The position numbers and the translations under genes are program-made. This document shows positions 26,740-41,125 of a stretch of DNA of 64,000 nucleotides, in pieces. Source of the stretch: Paraspadella gotoi (taxonomy: Eukaryota > Animalia > Chaetognatha). Below the pieces are notes generated by a model. That model ran no database searches and had not been told where the DNA came from. It worked only from the letters and a program-made list of their open reading frames with translations. The number at the start of each line of letters is the position of its first letter. Positions within the stretch are counted from its first letter, which is position 1. The DNA lies in assembly GCA_051294375.1 (NCBI GenBank), contig CM119264.1, forward strand, positions 29,887,693-29,951,692, given 5' to 3'.

Positions 26740-27915
26740 AAGAGAGAAGAGAGAGGAGAGAGAGAGAGGAGAGAGAGAGAGGAGAGAGAAAACTCGAAAG
26801 AATTTTTGAATACAAGGTCAGGCAGGCGAAGTGAAACGATAAGTGGTGAAATAGCAGACGGTTGGGAGACGAATCAGGCAAGAACCTGTTGACAATGAAT
26901 AAATCATGTGGCGATTAAAGGCGCGGTTGACCACAATGCTAATGACCAAATGTGGCGATCAAAGGCGCCGTTAACCACAATGCAAAGGGTGGGGCCAAGT
27001 TTGACGCCGAGGAAGGAAGTTGATAAAAATTGCGACCAGAAAAAGGCAAAGAGAGCAGCGGGGATCAGCGAGGAAAGATAGCGGGGAGCAGCGGGATTGG
27101 GGATTGAGATGAGGAGGAGCAAATATGAAAGCGTTTGAAAGAAGCGGGGATCAGCGGGAAAGACCTGGAGCTGGAAGTGGGATCAGCGGGTAGAAACCTG
27201 TAGTTGGAAGTGGGATAAGCGGATAAAGACCAATGATTGGAAGTGGGATCAGCGGATAAAAACCTGGAATTGGAAGTGGGATCAGCGGGGTGAGCGGGCG
27301 AAAGAGGTCGACGTATAAAGTGGGATTGGTTCAGTTCAGTTTTGCAAACAAAAGGAACGAGGGAACCCTCAGAGGAAATTGCTGCCTCTGGGCGGTCGCT
27401 GAGCGGCGGCTGGGCGGAGGCAGAGTCGGCGGCAGCTGAGGCGGCGGAGGCGGTTGTGGCTGTGACAGCGGCGGCGGCGGCGGCGGCGGCTACGGCTGCG
27501 GCGGCGTGCGGCGGCGGTTAAATAAAAAAAGACAGTGGCGGTGTTTATTCGTCAAGCAGAGGTGAAGTTGTTGATGCAATTCTCACAGTTTATTGGATAT
27601 CTCTCTGTCCCTCTGTCTCTCCGTCTGTCCCGTATAAAAATCCCTCTTTTCCAGCGACGCGAAAGATGTTTTGATGGAATTAATCATCGATGGAAACGAA
27701 AATAACCTCACGACGCGAATGGAACAAAACGAGAGAGATAAACAGAAGGAAGTTTGAGCGAGGGAACCCACGGGTGGATAATGACGGTCGGAGCCATGAT
27801 GACATTCGTTGTGAAATCGTGAGAGTGTGAACGCCGAAAATAAATACGAATGGGAAAGTGGAATGAATTGTGGTTGGCGTTGACCACAAAAATAGAGAGA
27901 GAGAAGAAGAGAGAG

Positions 27916-27954
<39 letters not shown>

Positions 27955-28077
27955 GTCCAAACTCTTGTGGCGTTGACCACAAAATTCTGTTGTGGCGCTG
28001 ACCACAAAAACGGTTTTTCGTTTCGTCGCTCAGATTTCCTCAAATTTCCGTTGCAGAAATCGCCGAAGGGAGATAGA

Positions 28078-28262
28078 GGTGGGATCGGGTGGGTTGAAGT
28101 GGACAAAGGTGGTGGGATCGGGTGGGTTGAGTGGACAAAGGTGGTGGGATCGGGGGGTTGAAGTGGACAAGAGTGGTGGGATCGGTGGGTTGAGTGGACA
28201 AAGGTGGTGGGATCGGGTGGTTTTAGTGGACAAAGGTGTGGGATCAGGTTGGTTGGGTGGAC
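28078..28262. repeat. 32-bp G-rich minisatellite (ggtgggatcgggtgggttgagtggacaaaggt); inverse copies at 29185-29428 and 39555-39745
   Basis: Read directly; period 28111 to 28143. Confidence 0.9.
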
Positions 28263-28662
28263 AATGGAGGTGGAAAAAAGAAGACCAATAAGGAGAAGCG
28301 ATAAAAAAAAATTGGTAACTTGTGAGGAGCGACCAATTGTGAGTGTGGTCATCTTATTTCGAGGGTTCATCTTCAAACTTCACATCTTCACACTTCACAC
28401 TTCACAGTGGAAAAGAAATTGTGGCGCTAAGAAATCGGGTTTCATTTCTGAGAAATTGCCTTCGCTGTGGACGACGACGACGACGACGACGACGACGAAG
28501 ACGACGACGACGACACCAGCGACACGAGCGACATCTAAGGCGACAACGAAAACAAGGCGTAAGATGAATGACCACCAGATGGAAACAGATGCTTTGAATA
28601 AAGCGCAACCTTGAGCGATGTGAGCCTCTCGTGGTCATTTGTTCGCTCAATATGTTTGCATG

Positions 28663-28713
<51 letters not shown>

Positions 28714-28751
28714 TCTCTCCTCCTCCTCTCTCCTCTCTCTCTCTCTCATCT

Positions 28752-28789
<38 letters not shown>

Positions 28790-28953
28790 CATGCAAACAT
28801 TTGAGCGAACAAATGACCACGAGAGGCTCACGATCGCTCAAGGTTGCGCTTTATTCAAAGCATCTGTTTCCATCTGGTGGTCATTCATCTTACGCCTTGT
28901 TTTCGTTGTCGCCTTAGATGTCGCTCGTGTCGCTGGTGTCGTCGTCGTCGTCT

Positions 28954-28984
<31 letters not shown>

Positions 28985-29551
28985 AGCGAAGGCAATTTCT
29001 CAGAAATGAAACCCGATTTCTTAGCGCCACAATTTCTTTTCCACTGTGAAGTGTGAAGTGTGAAGATGTGAAGTTTGAAGAGTGAACCCTCGAAATAAAT
29101 TGACCACACTCACAATTGGTCGCTCCTCACAAGTTACCAATTTTTTTATCGCTTCTCCTTATTGGTCTTCTTTTTTCCACCTCCATTGTCCACCCAACCC
29201 ACCTGATCCCACCACCTTTGTCCACNNNNNNNNNNNNNNNNNNNNNNNNNNNNNNNNNNNNNNNNNNNNNNNNNNNNNNNNNNNNNNNNNNNNNNNNNNN
29301 NNNNNNNNNNNNNNNNNNNNNNNNNNNNNNNNNNNNNNNNNNNNNNNNNNNNNNNNNNNNNNNNNNNNNNNNNNNNNNNNNNNNNNNNNNNNNNNNNNNN
29401 NNNNNNNNNAACCCACCCGATCCCACCTCTATCTCCCTTCGGCGATTTCTGCAACGGAAATTTGATTGGAAATCTGAGGCGACGAAACGAAAAACCGTTT
29501 TTGTGGTCAGCGCCACAACAGAATTTTGTGGTCAACGCCACAAGAGTTTGG

Positions 29552-29665
<114 letters not shown>

Positions 29666-30269
29666 TTTGTGGTCAACGCCCAACCACAATTCATTCCACT
29701 TTCCCATTCCGTATTTATTTTCGGCGTTCACACTCTCACGATTTCACAACGAATGTCATCATGGCTCCGACCGATCATTATCGCACCCGTGGGTTCCCTC
29801 GCCTCAACCTTCCTTCTGTTTATCTCTCTTCGTTTTGTTCCATTCGCGTCGTGAGGTTATTTTCGTTTCCATCGATGATTAATTCCATCAAAACATCTTT
29901 CGCGTCGCTGGAAAAGAGGGATTTTTATACGGACAGACGGAGAGACAGAGGGACAGAGAGATATCCAATAACTGTGAGAATTGCATCAACAACTTCACCT
30001 CTGCTGACGAATAAACACCGCCACTGTCTTTTTTTATTTAACCGCCGCCGCAGCCGCCGCCGCAGCCGTAGCCGCCGCCGCCGCCGCCGCCGCCGCTGTC
30101 ACAGCCACAACCGCCTCCGCCGCCTCAGCTGCCGCCGACTCTGCCTCCGCCCAGCCGCCGCCTCAGCGACCGCCAGAGGCAGCAATTTCCTCTGAGGGTT
30201 TCCCTCGTTCTCTTTGTTTGCAAAAGGCTGAACTGAACCAATCCCACTTTATACGTCGACCTCTTTCGC

Positions 30270-30425
30270 CGCTCACCCCGCTGATCCCACTTCCAATTCC
30301 AGGTTTTTATCCGCTGATCCCACTTCCAACTCCTGGTCTTTATCCGCTTATCCCACTTCCAACTACAGGTCTTTACCCGCTGATCCCACTTCCAGCTCCA
30401 GGTCTTTCCCCGCTGATCCCCGCTT
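30270..30425. repeat. 33-bp minisatellite (core ccgctgatcccacttcca); copies at 27145-27295 (inverse) and 40565-40730
   Basis: Read directly; open as (YPLIPLPTPGL)n on + and (WKWDQRIKTWS)n on -. Confidence 0.85.
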
Positions 30426-30772
30426 CTTTCAAACGCTTTCATATTTGCTCCTCTCATCTCAATCCCCAATCCCCGCTGCTCCCCGCTATCTTTTCCTCGC
30501 TGATCCCCGCTGCTCTCTTTGCCTTTTCTGGTCGCAATTTTTATTCAACTTCCTTCCTCGGCGTCAAACTTGGCCCCACCCTTGCATTGTGGTTAACGGC
30601 GCCTTTGATCGCCACATTGTGGTCATAGCATTGTGGTCAACCGCGCCTTTAATCGCCACATGATTTATTCATTGTCAACAGGTTCTTGCCTGATTCGTCT
30701 CCCAACCGTCTGCTATTTCACCACTTATCGTTCACTTCGCCTGCCTGACCTTGTATTCAAAATTCTTTCGAG

Positions 30773-30808
<36 letters not shown>

Positions 30809-31270
30809 TTCTCTCTCTCTCTCTCCTTTCTCTCTCTCTCTCTAACTCTCTCTCTCTCCTCGTCGTCGTTGCTTTATTGCTTTATTTGCTTAATTATTTC
30901 CCTTTTCGCTTTTTTTTGTATTTCGTTCTCATTGGATTTTATTTTAATATGTTTTAATGTTTGGTCAGTATAGATGTTTTTTTTTTCTAGCTGGTGAAAA
31001 ATACGAAACGAAAAGACAATATCGTCATTGGCGGCGCAATGAATGTTGTGATGTTGGGTTTTGGATTCGCTGCTTCTTTTTTGGATCTGATCCTCTAATC
31101 AAAACGAAACCATTGATGCCGACAACGAAAAAGATGTCGGCGACGACGACGACGAAAGAAAACGACGATGACAACGACGACGACGACGACGACGACGAAC
31201 GACGACAAGAAAACGACGACGACGACGACGACAAGAAGAAACGACGAATGACGACGACGACGACAGAAAT

Positions 31271-31305
<35 letters not shown>

Positions 31306-32438
31306 CAATTCCAAACAACTTTCTCTTTCAACTTCGACTCTTAAAAAAGATTCTAAAAAAAAATGAGACTTTTTAAACAAAGAGAGAGTGGGCGTGAGTG
31401 GGCGTGAGTGGGCGTCAGTGGACGTTGCCTCAGCGTTTCCGGTCTTCGTTTTCTTCGAAGCCAAAAAAGAGGATTAAGTCAGGATTTATTCCTGGAATTT
31501 ATTTCGCCAACGAGATTAAGAGACGATAAAGGCTCAGTTTCTTTTCGCGTGAGGTTACGGCAGATGGCGCGACCGAAGAAATCAAGATGGCGGAGGAAGA
31601 AACTGTAGTCACCTCGAGACGCAAGACTGAATGGATCGCGGTGGACTAATTACTGTAATTACGTATATTTATTTGGGTGTATACCTAAATTTTAATTTAT
31701 TTTTTATTTATGTATTAGATTATTTTTGTATTTACTTCATGCATAAAATCTATTTATATCTTGATTTATTTATATACATAGTTATTTCATATCTAGTATC
31801 TAATGTATTTATTTATTTATTTAATTTGTTTTAATCTAATTTTTTTAATTTTTATCTTTATTTAAGGTATTAAATTCGTAAACTTTCGATTTATACATTC
31901 ATCTCTTTACTCATTAACTTTTTCTCCGTAATATTTATCGAAGAGAGATTTTCACAACGAGAGCCAAAAGGGAACGAAGTTACCAACTGTAGATACTTCA
32001 TGTTGTCGAACTAATTATTCCTTTCGCCGTCTCGCACCAGGAGGCGCGACATGCATAATTCAAAACTGTAAACAAAAGGTAACATCATCACATGTCATAT
32101 TTCATATGAAACTTCTTATTTCTTTTTTTGGATTTTCATATCTTTGTATTTTGATTGGTTGGATTTTTTGCGCAATTTTCCAAAAGCACCCCATTTTTGT
32201 TCCAAATCCCCGAACTTAATTTTAGCCAAATCCCTAACCCAATCCTTTGTACAAAATTGATTATAAATAAAACATTAATTATTAAATAATAATTAATTTC
32301 TTTTTATCTCTACATACCAACAAAAACCAACCAGAAGACTGGCAGCCTTAAAAAAGCTTTTAAAGGCAAAAAAAGGAAAATAAAAGATCTTTCTCTGCTT
32401 GTTTGCGTCAGGCGGTTATTAATGGTCCAAATCGTTTT

Positions 32439-32476
<38 letters not shown>

Positions 32477-32553
32477 TCATATCTCTCTCCGTCTCCTCTC
32501 TCTCTTTCAGTGTCACCCATAGGAGGCACTCGCCCAATATTTCCTACCGGGTC

Positions 32554-32616
<63 letters not shown>

Positions 32617-33433
32617 CTCTCATAATCTAAACAAATTCCCTTCTCCATTTTATTTTTTTTCATTCAATTTTTTTTCCTTTAAATTCTTCTCTCATTTTCT
32701 CCTCATTCTTCTTTTTCAGTTTCCATCGGCGGCCATTTTGTTTTTCTTTCTCTCCTTTAAATTTTCTCGTAAACCTTCGAGAATTTGTTTGTTTTCTTTA
32801 CTACATTTTCCTTTATCACTTCCTCCGTCTCCCTCTTTTCCATTTCCTCTCTGTCTCGCTCTCGCCTCCCTTCTTATTTTAACAGACTCCTCGTCAAAAC
32901 GTTTCCCTAGCGGCGAATAAGGAAAGACGACTAAGAACCCGAACGCGTGTTACATATCTACGGACGCTGCATGTTACTGAGGGCTGTGGCGTACCACCTT
33001 AGGCTAAAGGTAGCCTCTTCGGGCCACAGCGTGGAACCTGGGTCCAAGACTGGCCATCAAGGGTAATTGTCTCACTGTTTACCGTCAAGAACTTGTGTGA
33101 GCCACGACTGTTAGCGTGTGTGAAGAGTATACATTACATTACAATGAAAATTATTCCACAAGACGTAGCTGTATTGCTTTTCTTGAAGTCGCTTCTCGAA
33201 AAGTATGACCGCTTATTGCTTAAGTCATCTTCTCATGGCAAGATAAGACTAAATAAACAACTCATATCGAAACCAAAAACCTTGTCACATTGAAAAATCT
33301 ATAAAACTACCAATATATTTAATCTCAATGCAAAATGGGGAGAATTCGAGAAGGAGCTTATTATGGAAAATGCGCTTAAAATCAAAAAGAGGCTGCCACT
33401 GACGCCGCCGCTGCTGCCGCCGCCGCAGCCACT

Positions 33434-33466
<33 letters not shown>

Positions 33467-35469
33467 TTTCTGCCTTAGAATACTTCTCGCGATGAGCGGC
33501 GAAGTAGGACTAAGCTCTGACGAAATGAGCCAGAGGTTTTTTTAATATATTCTTTTACCGGCCGATGTAGAATGATGGCAATATTTCTATTGTTAAGTTT
33601 CAAAAAAAATCCGATCATAAATATAGAAAATATTAACCAAAATCTTCGGAAAATCCACCCCTTCTTTGGAAGATTTTCGCCATAGAAGATTTTTTCCGAA
33701 TCTGACTCCCGGTTGAAAACTCTTAGAATTCCGATCATTAGCTCCTCTTTTACTTTTACTTTAAATAAAAATTTCACCAAAATGGACTAATTCACTTTAC
33801 CATGATCGTTTCATATTAAAATAACTAAATAAAATGTTAAGAAAAATTTTGAGAGCCCTTCAGACATATGGCTATCGCTATTGTAAAATCACAACATGCC
33901 TTAAATGCATTTATATTGTAATGAAGTTGAGAAATCCCTTTATTTTATATAGAAAAATTGAGATGAAAATTTTTTCCTGAGCAAACCAGTCCATTTAAAT
34001 CTGATGGTTTGATGTCAAAATGACAGTTAATCATAAAGAGAAAAAAAATGCGAGCCCTTCAGATGCAACAGGATCTGAATCGAGTCTTTTTACATCAATG
34101 TTTTATCGGAACTTTTCCCAGGACCGTTTATATTGTTTTGTAGTCAGATTTGAACGAAAATCTCCATTGAAAAAATCTTCCTCGATCTCTAAAACGACGT
34201 CGACTCCTAGGCGAAGCGTCGGGCGGTCGAAGCCAAGTTTGACCCTAAAAGTTGAGCCTAACCTTGACCCGATGGAGAAGCGAAGCCTTTTATCTTCGTC
34301 TCCAGAGCGATTGGACTTTTTTTTTATCAATCCCGTTAGCGATTTACTTCATCTCGATGAAAATCAATATTTTTAAAAAAATTTTTTTAGATGTATAAAA
34401 TAATTTTTTATTCTCAAAATTGTTTTTCTTTTTATTTTTTTTTAAGGTTTAACCATAGTTCTTATATATATTAAATTAAAAGTAAATTGATAGTATTTTA
34501 TTGTTAACAATTAACTTATAAATTAATATTTTAGTTATATTAAAAATTAAACCCTTGAAAGCGATTGAGATGTATTGGCGAAGCCACTGGTTCTTTTTAA
34601 GATGGAAAAAAGTCGTTTTCTCATTTATCGAATTAATTTTTTTTATAGCGTCTAGGACGTAGCCGATCGTACGAGATAAAATGGAAAGGAGAAAATGAGA
34701 CAATTGGATAGATTGTCCTTCTGCAAATTACAATCGAACTATTTGATCGATTCTCTTCTCCTTTACGATTTAAGGAAATGATATTCTTTTCTCGTTTTGC
34801 GCTTAAAACTTTTTCCTCTCTAATGATGAAAAAGTTATTAATCTTTTAAATTGACTTAATTGGCTTAGAGATCTCAATTGTACTGTTTTAACTTTTCCTT
34901 GTTTTTAAATCTTCCCCACTCTCCGACCCTGCCCTCGCTCCGTCACCGCCCTGTTGACGCCACGCTGGGCTTAGTTATTATTGTTTTTTTTTATCAGTGA
35001 CAAAACAGTGAAACGTGATCAGTGATCACCTATCACTGATTACCTATCAGCTACAGGGAAAAATAAATATTTCAATCGTCGTCATTATCGTCGTCGCTGA
35101 ACAAATATTCGTCACGTGACTTGAATGTAGAGCGAGTGACGTCTCCGTGGGTCCTCCTTTCATATCGGATGCATATAGGATGCAGTCCTCTCTCTTCTCT
35201 CTCTCTCTCCATCTCTCTCGTCCTCTCCTCTCTCCATCTCTCTGTGCTCTCTCTACTCTCATCTCTCTTCTCTCTCTCCTCTATTCCAACGCCTGTCTCC
35301 GATAGCGATCACAGCCATTCGTATTCCACGTAGCGCTCGTCGTGTCGTTAGGGTAATGTCAGTTGGTTACTGGGCATACTCGAGATAGTTAAAAGGCTAT
35401 GGACGGGAGAGCAGGAGAGGCAGAGAATGAGAGAGAGAAGAGAGAGAGAGAGAGAAGAAAGAGAGAGAG

Positions 35470-35524
<55 letters not shown>

Positions 35525-35983
35525 GAGAGAAGAGAAGCGATGAACAAAAACCTTTTAGATTACGAGTCTCGCGAGCCCAAGCTTGGAGAGAGGTCGCGAT
35601 TCTTCAGTTAACAAGTTTCGTCCGTATGGAATGAGTATTAAGGAGGAAAGAGAAAAAGAAATTTAAGTTTGTAGGAAAGAAAAAAGAATGAAAATAAAAA
35701 ATAGAAGAAATACAAGAAGAAAAAAATAAAAATGGAGAAAGGAAAAAAGAAAAAAACAGAAAAGAAAAAAGAACTGGAGTGTAAAATGTAATATGAATTA
35801 TATGTGAGGAAAGAAAAAAAAAGGAAAGTAAAAGGAGGAAGAAAAGAAAAAATGAATAAAAGAAAAATGAAGGTAAAAATTTGAAGAAGGAAAAAAGCAA
35901 AGGTGAAAGAAGGAAAGAAGAAAGAGGAAAAGATGGAATAATTAATAGAAATATTACAAAATTAAAATGACGATGAAGTTAGG

Positions 35984-36057
<74 letters not shown>

Positions 36058-36859
36058 AAGAGACAGAGAGAGAAGAGAGCGGAGAGACGAAGACGAGAGA
36101 GAGAGAAGAGAGAATGAGAGATTGTTAGTTAGAGGAGAGAGAGAGAAGATTAAAGGAGAGAACCTGACAAAATATGACAAAAAAGGGGGAAATAGGAGAA
36201 TAGAGAAGAGAAGGTGAAAATCAAAAGAGGGAAAGAATTTAAGTAAAAAATTTGAGGCAAAAAAAGTTGGTTTCTCCTGAGAAATAGCAAGGAAAAAAGG
36301 GAAAATAAGTGTTAAAATAAGAAAATTTTATAGGAATATAGCGGTTTTTTCTCAATTATCCCTTAGTAGTCGATTGTATGACTTTGCTTTTTCTNNNNNN
36401 NNNNNNNNNNNNNNNNNNNGAGAGAGAGAGAGAGAGAGCGATGACAAAAACCTTTTAGAACGAGTCTCGCGAGCCAAGTTGGAGAGAGGTCGATTCTTCA
36501 GTAAACCAAGTTCGGCGAGGAATGAGATTAAAGGAGGAAAGAGAAAAGAAATAAGGAGGAAAGAAAAAAGAAGGAAAGAAAAAAAAAGAAAGAGAACAAG
36601 AGAAAAAAATAAAAATGGAGGAAAGGAAAAAGAAAAAAACAGAAAAGAAAAGAACTGGAGGAAAATGTAAAGAAATATGGAGGAAAGAAAAAAATAGGAA
36701 AGAAAAAAGGAGGAAAGAAAAAAGAAAAAATGAATAAAGAAAAATGAAAGGAAAAAATTTGAGAGGAAAAAAGCAAAGGAGAAAGAAGGAAAGAAGAAAG
36801 AGGAAAAGATGGAAATAATAATAAAGAAATATTACAAAATTAAAATGACGATGAAAAGT

Positions 36860-36927
<68 letters not shown>

Positions 36928-36964
36928 AAGAGACAGAGAGAGAAGAGAGCGGAGAGACGAAGAC

Positions 36965-37011
<47 letters not shown>

Positions 37012-37309
37012 AAAGGAGAGAACCTGACAAAAATATGAGCAAAAAAGGGGGAAAAAGGAGAATAGAGAAGAGAAGGGAAAAAATCCAAAAGAGGGAAAGA
37101 AAAGTAAAAAGAGGCAAAAAAAGTTGGTTCTCCTGAGAAATAGAAGGAAAAAAGGGAAAAAAGGAAAAAAGGAAAAAAGGAAAAGCGGTTTCTCATATCC
37201 TTAGATCGATTGATGACCTCGAGCAAGGTCGACCCACTCAGGCAATCCAACGCCAATTCAGGCCTAAATCATTCTTTTCCTTTTTTCTCTTTCCTTTTTT
37301 TTCATTAGT

Positions 37310-38620
37310 AATTAGTTTGACCAATTTTCATAGTAATTAGATGGTTTAAAGAAAGTATTTTTTCCCTTTCATTATTCTCTTTTTTTTTTAGTTGCGCCTC
37401 GAGTTACTCGCCTGAGCAACTCTATAAGTCCCTTTGGTCGGTCTGTCCGTCGGTCCGTCGGCAATGTCGTCTGTCCCGTCTGTCCACTTACATTAAAAGA
37501 TGCATATAATTGTTTATTAGTTTGGTTGCTCACAGGAAAAAAATCTCAAATCTAAGGGACTGCTAAGCTACGCCTCGGGAATTCCTAAAACTATTTAAGA
37601 ATTTAAAGCACGGGAATTTGCTTGCAGTTCATGTCATGAGTACACGGGCAAAGATAGTTTTTGTCATATCATGTCATGTTATATCATCGTGATTAAAGGG
37701 AAAATAAACGTGAAAATAAAGTCACTGCGGCCAACATATTGGAATCACCGTTCTTGTTTTTAACCCAAAACGACTGGAGAAAACACTTGTTCGGGATCCG
37801 AGGACGAACCTTCAACCCTTACCCATTTCCGGTGACCGATCCACCGATTAAGCTAAGGTCAAAGAGAGGGAGAGAGTGAAAACACGGTCGCTGATTCGAG
37901 GTGTCGTGAGAGGGAGAGAGAGAGAGAGAGAGAGGGTGAGAGGAAGGAGGAGAGAGAGAGAGAGAGGGGGAGAAGAACGAAACCAGCGGGAAATCTCTCG
38001 TTTTCACCGACGTAAAAAAGATCATTTTATTTTTCCTTCTTTTTTTTTTATTTTTTTTTTTCTCTTCAGTTTTTCTCCATATTATTCCATCCTTTTTTTT
38101 CATACTTTCGTTGATGGTCGAAGGAAAAAAGGGGAAAAAAATAGACATTCGGAACTTTTTTTTCTTTTTTTTTTCTTTCCTTCTTTTTAACCGACTTTCC
38201 TCTTCAATCTTCTTTCGTCCGCCATTTTATTTCTTTTCTCCTTTTTAAATTTTCTTTCCACACATTTCTTTTTCTTTGTCACTTCTCTCTCATTATATTA
38301 TCATTTCTCCTTTTTTTTTTCTCTATTACTTTTCATTACTTTTTTTGATAATATCTTTTCGTTCTTTTTTAATATATACTACATTTTATAACTTTCTTTG
38401 TTTCTTATTATTCTCCCTTTTTTCTCTCCTTTTCAAGTTTCCTCCTTTTTCTCTCCTCGGACTTTTTATGCTCCAATTCCTCTCTTATTAAGAGCAATGA
38501 CGGAGGGGGAAACGAAAAGAAAATATTTGAGAGAGAGAGGAGAAGAGAGGAAGAGAGAAGAGAGGAGAGAGAGGAGAGAGAGAGAGAGAGAGACGAGAGA
38601 GAGAGAAGGGGAGACGAGGG

Positions 38621-38651
<31 letters not shown>

Positions 38652-39042
38652 GAGAGGGGAGAGAAGAAAGAGAGATAAAAGGAGAGAGGAGAGACGAGGG
38701 AGAGAGTGACGAAGTGAATGAAAAAAATGACGGAAGGAAGAGAAACCAATTAGGCTTTGAGAAAAAAACAGAGAAAAAATTAGAAATAATTTCGGCAAAA
38801 TATGGAGAAGATATTAAAGAGAACATTAAAGATAAATTTTAACAACAGTTTTAAAAAACGTAAAACATAATTTTAAAGTATGATAAAGAATAATAACAAT
38901 GATAAGAGTTGCAGTACAAAACAGTTTGAAAAATAATAATAAATTAATAATAAATAATTAAAAAACATCATAAAAAATTAAGAAAACGATTTAATGGTAG
39001 TTGGTAATATATTGCCCTTTTTAAAGAGAGAGAGATAGGAGA

Positions 39043-39073
<31 letters not shown>

Positions 39074-39894
39074 AGAGGAGAGTTGAGAGAGAGAGAGAGA
39101 GAGGAGAGGAGAGAGAGAGAGAGGAGAGAGAAAGGCATGCAAACATTTGAGCGAACAAAATGACCACGGAGAGGGCTCACGATCGCTCAAGGTTCGCGCT
39201 TTATTCAAAAGCATCTGTTTCCATCTGGTGGTCATTCATCTTACGCCTTGTTTTCGTTGTCGCCTTAGATGTCGCTGGTGTCGTCGTCGTCGTCGTCGTC
39301 GGTCGTCCATCGTCTTCGTCGTCGTCGTCGTCGTCGTCCGTTCGTCACAGCGAAGGCAATTTCTCAGAAATGAAAACCCGATTTTTCTTAGCGCCACAAT
39401 TTCTTCAACTGTGAAGTGTGAAGTGTGAAGATGTGAAGTTTGAAAGTGAACCCTCGAAATAAATTGACACACTCACAATTTGGTCGCTTCCTTCACAAGT
39501 ACAAATTTTTTTATCGCTTCTCCTTATTGGTTCTCTTTTTTTTCCACCTCCATTGTCCACCCAACCCACCTTGATCCCACACACCTTAGTCCACTAAACC
39601 CCAACCCCGATCCCACCCACCTTTGTCCACTCAACCCACCCGATCCCACCACCTTTGTCCACTCAACCCACCCGATCCCACCACCTTTGTCCCACTCAAC
39701 CCACCCGATCCCACCACCTTTGTCCACTCAACCCCCGATCCCACCTCTATCTCCCTTCGGCGATTTCTTGCAACGGAAATTTTGATTGGAAATCTTGAGG
39801 CGACGAAACGAAAAAACCGTTTTTGTGTCAGCGCCACAACAAGAAATTTTGTTGGTCAAACGCCACAAGAGTTTTGGACCTCTCTCTCTCTTCT

Positions 39895-39949
<55 letters not shown>

Positions 39950-41087
39950 TTGTGTGTGTTCAACGCCCAACCACAATTTCATTTCCACTTTCCCATTCCG
40001 TATTTATTTTCGGCGTTCCACCTCTCACGATTCACAACGAATTTCATCACGGCTCCGACCGATCATTATCGCACCCGTTTGGGTTCCTCGCCTCAACCTT
40101 CCTCTGTTTTATCTCTCTTCGTTGTTGTTCCATTCGCGTCGTGACGGTTTATTTTCGTTTCCATCGATGATTAAATTCCATCAAACATCTTTCGCGTCGC
40201 TTGGAAAAGGAGGGATTTTTATTACGGACAGACGGGAGAAGACAGAGGGACAGAGAGATATCCAATTAACTGTGAGAATTGCATCAACAACTTCACCCTG
40301 CTGACGAATAAACACCGCCACTGCTCTTTTTTTTTTTTCTTTAACGCCGCCGCAGCCGCCGCCGCCGCCGACCGCTGCCGCTGTCACAGCCACACCGGCC
40401 TCCGCCGCCTCACTGCCGCCACCGACCTCTGCCTCCGCCCAGCCGCCGCCTCAGCGACCGCCAGAGGCAGACAATTTCCTCTTGAGGGTTTCCCTTCGTC
40501 TCTTTTGGTTTGCAAAAGCTTGAACTGAAACCAATCCCACTTTATACGGTCGACCACTTCGCCGCTCACCCCGCTTCCCACTTCCAATTCCAGGTTTTTT
40601 AATCCGCTGATCCACTTCCAAAAAAAAACTCCTGGTCTTTATCCGCTTATCCCACTTCCCAAACTACAGCGTCTTTACCCGCTGATCCCACTTCCAGCTC
40701 CAGGTCTTTTCCCCGCTGATCCCCGCTTCTTTCAAAACGCTTTCATATTTGCTTCCTCTCATCTAATCCCCAATCCCCGCTGCTCCCCGCTATCTTTTCC
40801 TCCTGATCCCCGCATGCTCTCTGCCTTTTCTGGTCGCAATTTTTATTCAACTTTTCTCCCTTCCTCGGCGTCAAACTTGGCCCCCACCCTTGCAATGTGT
40901 AAACGGCGCCTTTGATCGCCACATTGTGGTCATAGTAGCATTGTGGTCAACCGCGCCTTTTAATCGCCACATGATTTTATTCATTGTCAACAAGGTCTTG
41001 CCTGATTCGTTCTCCCAACGTCTGCTATTTCACCACTTATCGTTCACTTTCGCCTGCCTGACCTTGTATCAAAATTCTTTTCGGTTT

Positions 41088-41125
<38 letters not shown>

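Noticed and set aside
35530-36370. Local tandem gene duplication of 36430-37200
   Set aside because: A noisy copy next to an N-gap, absent from the duplicate at 45160-46000; likely a gap-fill artefact.
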